Origin: an uncultured Gemmatimonadales bacterium | Lineage (GTDB): Bacteria; Gemmatimonadota; Gemmatimonadetes; Longimicrobiales; Longimicrobiaceae | Assembly (NCBI GenBank): GCA_963716255.1 | Contig: OY970303.1 | Location: forward strand, 3,744,001-3,808,000 | Direction of reading: 5' to 3' | Length of the DNA: 64,000 nt | Shown here: positions 60,449-64,000 of the stretch, piece after piece | Layout of the letters: each line of letters begins with the position of its first letter | Numbering within the stretch: position 1 is the stretch's first letter | Made by a program: the position numbers and the translations under genes | The notes under the pieces: model-generated | Databases searched by the model: none | The model's input: only the letters and a program-made list of their open reading frames with translations | What the model was told of the DNA's origin: nothing

Positions 60449-60925
60449 CTACCCCGCCGCGCCGCCGGGGACGGCCTCGCGGCCGGACACGTCCTGCACC
60501 GCGATGCGGAAGAGCACCTGGCGGAAGGCCACCGGGTCGTCCGCGGTGAAGGTCTCGGGGAGCAGCGTGCGCAGCAGCCCCAACGCCTCTTCCCACTCGG
60601 CCTGCTGTCCCGCGGCGCCGTCCGGCGGGATGGTGTAGAAGCCGCCGTGCACCACCACGCTCCGCCAGCGGAACAGCTCTTCCGCCTCGTCCACCTCGAA
60701 GGCCACCGGCCACCAGGTGTCGCCCGTGGTCTCCAGCATCGCCCCGTGGCGGGTGCGGCCGTAGATCCATGCCCGGTGAAAGACGTAGTGCACGGGCTGG
60801 ATGTCGATGCGGTTCCCCCTTGCGTACGCGACGCGGCCGACGTGGTTGCGCGCCAGCACGGCGTCGCACTCGGCGCGGTTCAGCGTGCGGATGAGGGGCG
60901 TGGGATGGCTGCTCACCTTGGGCAT
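60449..60925 (-). CDS. Pyridoxamine 5'-phosphate oxidase-like flavin-binding protein
   Basis: ECDAVLARNHVGRVA, VAFEVDE, WRSVVVHG. Confidence 0.82.
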   Translation of the reverse strand: MPKVSSHPTPLIRTLNRAECDAVLARNHVGRVAYARGNRIDIQPVHYVFHRAWIYGRTRHGAMLETTGDTWWPVAFEVDEAEELFRWRSVVVHGGFYTIPPDGAAGQQAEWEEALGLLRTLLPETFTADDPVAFRQVLFRIAVQDVSGREAVPGGAAG

Positions 60926-61030
60926 CCTGGGTTGGGGACCGCGGGGTTCGCCGTGGGATCCGTTCCTGCCGCAAGACCCCGACCATTCCGTGCATGAGGA
61001 ACGGCCCGAACTGCTCTCGACGGCCTGTCC

Positions 61031-61160
61031 GGGCGTGTCCCCCCGTGCCGGGGGGCCGGGCTGCGCGCGGAGTAGGACACGAAACTACCGTGTCCAACTC
61101 CGTCGAGCCCCCGCAAACCGCCGCGGGGTCTCGACCCTGCCGGGCGCGCATCCCTCACGC
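61031..61160 (+). repeat. Family A repeat, copy 12 (most divergent)
   Basis: Outer stem strands swapped: CGGAG...CTCCG instead of CTCCG...CGGAG. Confidence 0.88.
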
Positions 61161-61359
61161 GGTGGCGCCGCGCCGCCGGCGTCCCGCGCCACGACAAGGA
61201 TAGCTGCGAGGCGCGCCGTCCTCCGTCAGGCGGGCGCCGAACTTCCGACGGGACATCCCGGCACCGCTGTGCGCGGCGCGTGGGGAGTTTCCCCACGCAC
61301 GCACGGCGGGGCCCCGGCGCAGCCGCCGCCCGGGGCCCCGATCCCGCCCATCCGCCGTT

Positions 61360-61402
61360 GCCCTTCTCCCCCTTGCGGGGGAGGGGGCCGGGGAGAGGGG
61401 GC
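61360..61402. repeat. Family B-like repeat
   Basis: CCCTTCTCCCCCTTGCGGGGGAGGGGGCCGGGAGAGGGGG. Confidence 0.55.
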
Positions 61403-61410
61403 CTGCCGTC

Positions 61411-61546
61411 GCGTGAGGGATTACGGCCCGAAGGGGCGAGACCGCGCGGCTGTTTGCGCGGGCTCGACTCCGTTACGCACGGTCGTTTCGTGCGTTACGG
61501 AGCCGAAGCCCGACCCCGGCGCCAGCCGGGGGCACGCCCGAACCCG
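61411..61546 (-). repeat. Family A repeat, copy 13
   Basis: Central stem ACGCACG/CGTGCGT. Confidence 0.95.
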
Positions 61547-61571
61547 CTGTTCAAACCCGCCGTAGAACCCG

Positions 61572-61982
61572 CTACGCCGTCCCCGCGTGCCGGGCGATCT
61601 CGCCCAGCAGCTGCCCGGCGGTGAACGGCTTGGGGATGTAGCCGGAAAAGCCGCGCTCCAGCATGTCCTCGCGGGTGCGGCCCATCACGTCGGCGGTGAT
61701 GGCCACCACGGGAATGCCGCGGGTCTCGTCGTCGCCCTTGAGGCGCTCCAGCGCCTCCAGCCCGGTCATCACCGGCATCATGATGTCCATCAGGATCACG
61801 TCGGGCCTGCTCTCGCGGGCGGCCCTGAGCGCCTCCGCGCCGTCCATGGCGTGCAGCACGGCGTATCCGTAGCCCTCCAGCACGTCGCCCAGCACGGTGT
61901 GGAGGAGGCGCTCGTCGTCCGCCAGGAGGACGCGCCTGGGCCCGCCGTCCTGCGCGGGCGATGGGCTGGGGTCGTGGGGCAT
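61572..61982 (-). CDS. Single-domain response regulator (DivK/CheY-like)
   Basis: VLLADDE, ILMDIMMP, VAITA, YIPKP. Confidence 0.88.
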   Translation of the reverse strand: MPHDPSPSPAQDGGPRRVLLADDERLLHTVLGDVLEGYGYAVLHAMDGAEALRAARESRPDVILMDIMMPVMTGLEALERLKGDDETRGIPVVAITADVMGRTREDMLERGFSGYIPKPFTAGQLLGEIARHAGTA

Positions 61983-62496
61983 CTCCGGGGAGCGCGGCGG
62001 CTGCGCGGTCGGGGGAATGTTCATCCGGGGTGGTTCATGTGGGGAATCTCGTGGAATGTCGGGGCCGGCTCACCGCAAGCCACCTGCCACCTGCCTTTCC
62101 GCCGTGGCGCCGCCCCGGAACGGGCGGTCTATGTAGTGTAACGTGGGGACAGGCTCGCCGCACCTGTGGCTCCGGTGCAGCACGGCCGCGCGCCACACCG
62201 CGGGCGCGGGGTGTTTGCCGTCCCCGCGGTAACGCGGTGTGCCGGCGCGCCTTCCGCGGGCGCCGCGCCGCGGGGGCGGCGGCGCCGCGGCGCCCGGGCG
62301 CCTCGCCCGAAACGTGCAGAAACGTTCGTGGTCGGGAAGTACACGTCGGCCATGCGTTCCCTCCCCGGCACCGGCGGTTCCGCCGGGGAGCCGGATGCGC
62401 ATGGCCTTCCGGCTTCCGCGGCGACCGGTCGCGTGTCCTGCCCCGGATCCGACGACATCCACCCGGAGTCAAAGCCAGGGGCAAAAGGTCTCCTCC

Positions 62497-64000
62497 ATGA
62501 CATTCGTCCTGCACGCGCACGACCCCTTCATCGCGGCCATCCTCCAGAGCATCGACGACCACGCCGTCTTCACCGTGGACCACGCGGGGTACGTCACCCG
62601 CTGGAACCCGGTGGCCGAGCGTGTCACGGGGTTCGCCGCGGCCGAGGTTGTGGGGAGGCACGTGGGCGGGCTGGCCGGCGGCGGCGACTCCGGCGAGGAC
62701 GACTACGAGCGGGTGCTGCAGCTGGCCGCGCAGGCCGGGCGGCTGGAGGTGGAGCGCGAGTGGCTGCGCAGGGACGGGAGCACCTTCCGCGCGGCGGGGC
62801 GGATCACCGCCATCCGCGGCGACCGCGGCGACCTGCTGGGCTTCGTCGCCGTGCTCCGCGACACCGCGGACGAGAGCGAGGCCGACGCCGCGTGGCGGGC
62901 CGCTTCCTCCCCCTCGCCGCTGGATTCCTTCTTCGCCCTCCACCCCGACCCTGTCGCCTCGTTCGACGCCGAAGCCCGCTTCGTCCAGGCCAACGCCGCC
63001 TGGGAGCGGCTCGCCGGAACCGGCCCCGGCGAGCTCGCCGGCACCTCCCTGCTGTCGCGGGTGGTGCCCGAGGACCGCCGCCGCCTCCTGGACGCCTTTC
63101 ACCAGGCCTCCCGGGGCGAGACGCAGCGGCTGGAGACCGCGCTGGCGGGCGGCGGCGAGCCCGCCGCGCTCGCCGTCACCTGCTTTCCGCGCCCGGACCG
63201 CAGCGGCGCCGCTGGGGTGTGGGCGGTCGTGCGCGACGCCCGCGGCGAGCGCGCCACGGGCGACGAGCTGCGCCGCGACGAGGCGTTCTTCCGCGGCATG
63301 GTGGAGGGCGCCGAGGGGGCGTTCTTCTACAGCCTGGACGCGGGCGGCCGCTTCGGCTACCTGTCCCCCGGCGTGCGGCAGGTGCTGGGCTACCGCCCCG
63401 AGGAGCTGGCCGGGCTGGCCTTCGCCGACCTGCTGGAGTCCCCCGCGCTTGACGCCCCGGCCGGCGCCCGCCCCCGCAGCGCCACCCTCGCGCTGCGCCA
63501 CCGCGAGGGGCGCCGCGTCCTGGTGGAGGTGGCGGAGGCCCCGCCGGCCGTGAACGGCGAGGGCGCCGCGCTGCACGGCTTCGCGCGCGACGTGACCCGT
63601 GCGCGCGAGCACGAGGAGCAGCTCCAGCGCGGCTCCCTCCAGGACCCCCTCACCGAGCTTCCCAACCGCGCCGTGTTCATGGACCGGCTGGGGCACGCCG
63701 CCCGGCGCGTGGCGCGCCGCCCCGCCGAGCGGCACGGCCTGCTCCTGGTGGACCTGGACCGCTTCGGGCTGATCAACGACGCCATGGGGCGCGAGCTGGG
63801 CGACCTGCTGCTGGTGGAGGTGGCCCGCCGCCTGGGGCGCTGCGTGCGCCCCGGCGACACCCTGTGCCGGCTGCGCGGCGACGAGTTCGGGCTGCTCCTG
63901 GAGGGGCTCGCCGGCCCCGAGGCCGCCATCGGCGTGGCCGAGCGGATCCAGCGCGCCCTTGCCTCCCCCTTCCGCATCCGCTCGCACGAGCTGCGGGTGG
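62497..64000 (+). CDS. Multi-PAS GGDEF-domain protein; runs off the window end
   Basis: Manual translation MTFVLHAHDPFIAAILQSIDDHAVFTVD..RWNPVAE; DPLTELPNR, DLDRFGLINDAMG, CRLRGDEF. Confidence 0.88.
   Translation, partial: MTFVLHAHDPFIAAILQSIDDHAVFTVDHAGYVTRWNPVAERVTGFAAAEVVGRHVGGLAGGGDSGEDDYERVLQLAAQAGRLEVEREWLRRDGSTFRAAGRITAIRGDRGDLLGFVAVLRDTADESEADAAWRAASSPSPLDSFFALHPDPVASFDAEARFVQANAAWERLAGTGPGELAGTSLLSRVVPEDRRRLLDAFHQASRGETQRLETALAGGGEPAALAVTCFPRPDRSGAAGVWAVVRDARGERATGDELRRDEAFFRGMVEGAEGAFFYSLDAGGRFGYLSPGVRQVLGYRPEELAGLAFADLLESPALDAPAGARPRSATLALRHREGRRVLVEVAEAPPAVNGEGAALHGFARDVTRAREHEEQLQRGSLQDPLTELPNRAVFMDRLGHAARRVARRPAERHGLLLVDLDRFGLINDAMGRELGDLLLVEVARRLGRCVRPGDTLCRLRGDEFGLLLEGLAGPEAAIGVAERIQRALASPFRIRSHELRV

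Overview
Very GC-rich bacterial DNA. The gene content (tricorn-like S41, DUF5916, M56/BlaI, S9, membrane M28, many hybrid kinases) suggests Gemmatimonadota, possibly Longimicrobium-like; this is inference only. The window holds about 45 CDS, mostly secreted peptidases/hydrolases and two-component signalling genes, plus xseAB, a HigBA toxin-antitoxin pair, one intact IS5-family element with inverted repeats and a 4-bp target duplication, and a frameshifted RluA gene. Two things stand out. (1) Three dispersed, stand-alone genes for small secreted peptides share a conserved leader but have divergent six-cysteine cores, two of them with defensin-like CSab spacing; each has its own predicted promoter, RBS and terminator. 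(2) A ~135-160 bp intergenic element occurs in 13 full copies plus one internally deleted copy; its multi-helix fold is kept by extensive compensatory changes between copies. No rRNA, tRNA or CRISPR array was seen. Start codons were chosen by eye and product calls are by motif recognition, not database search.
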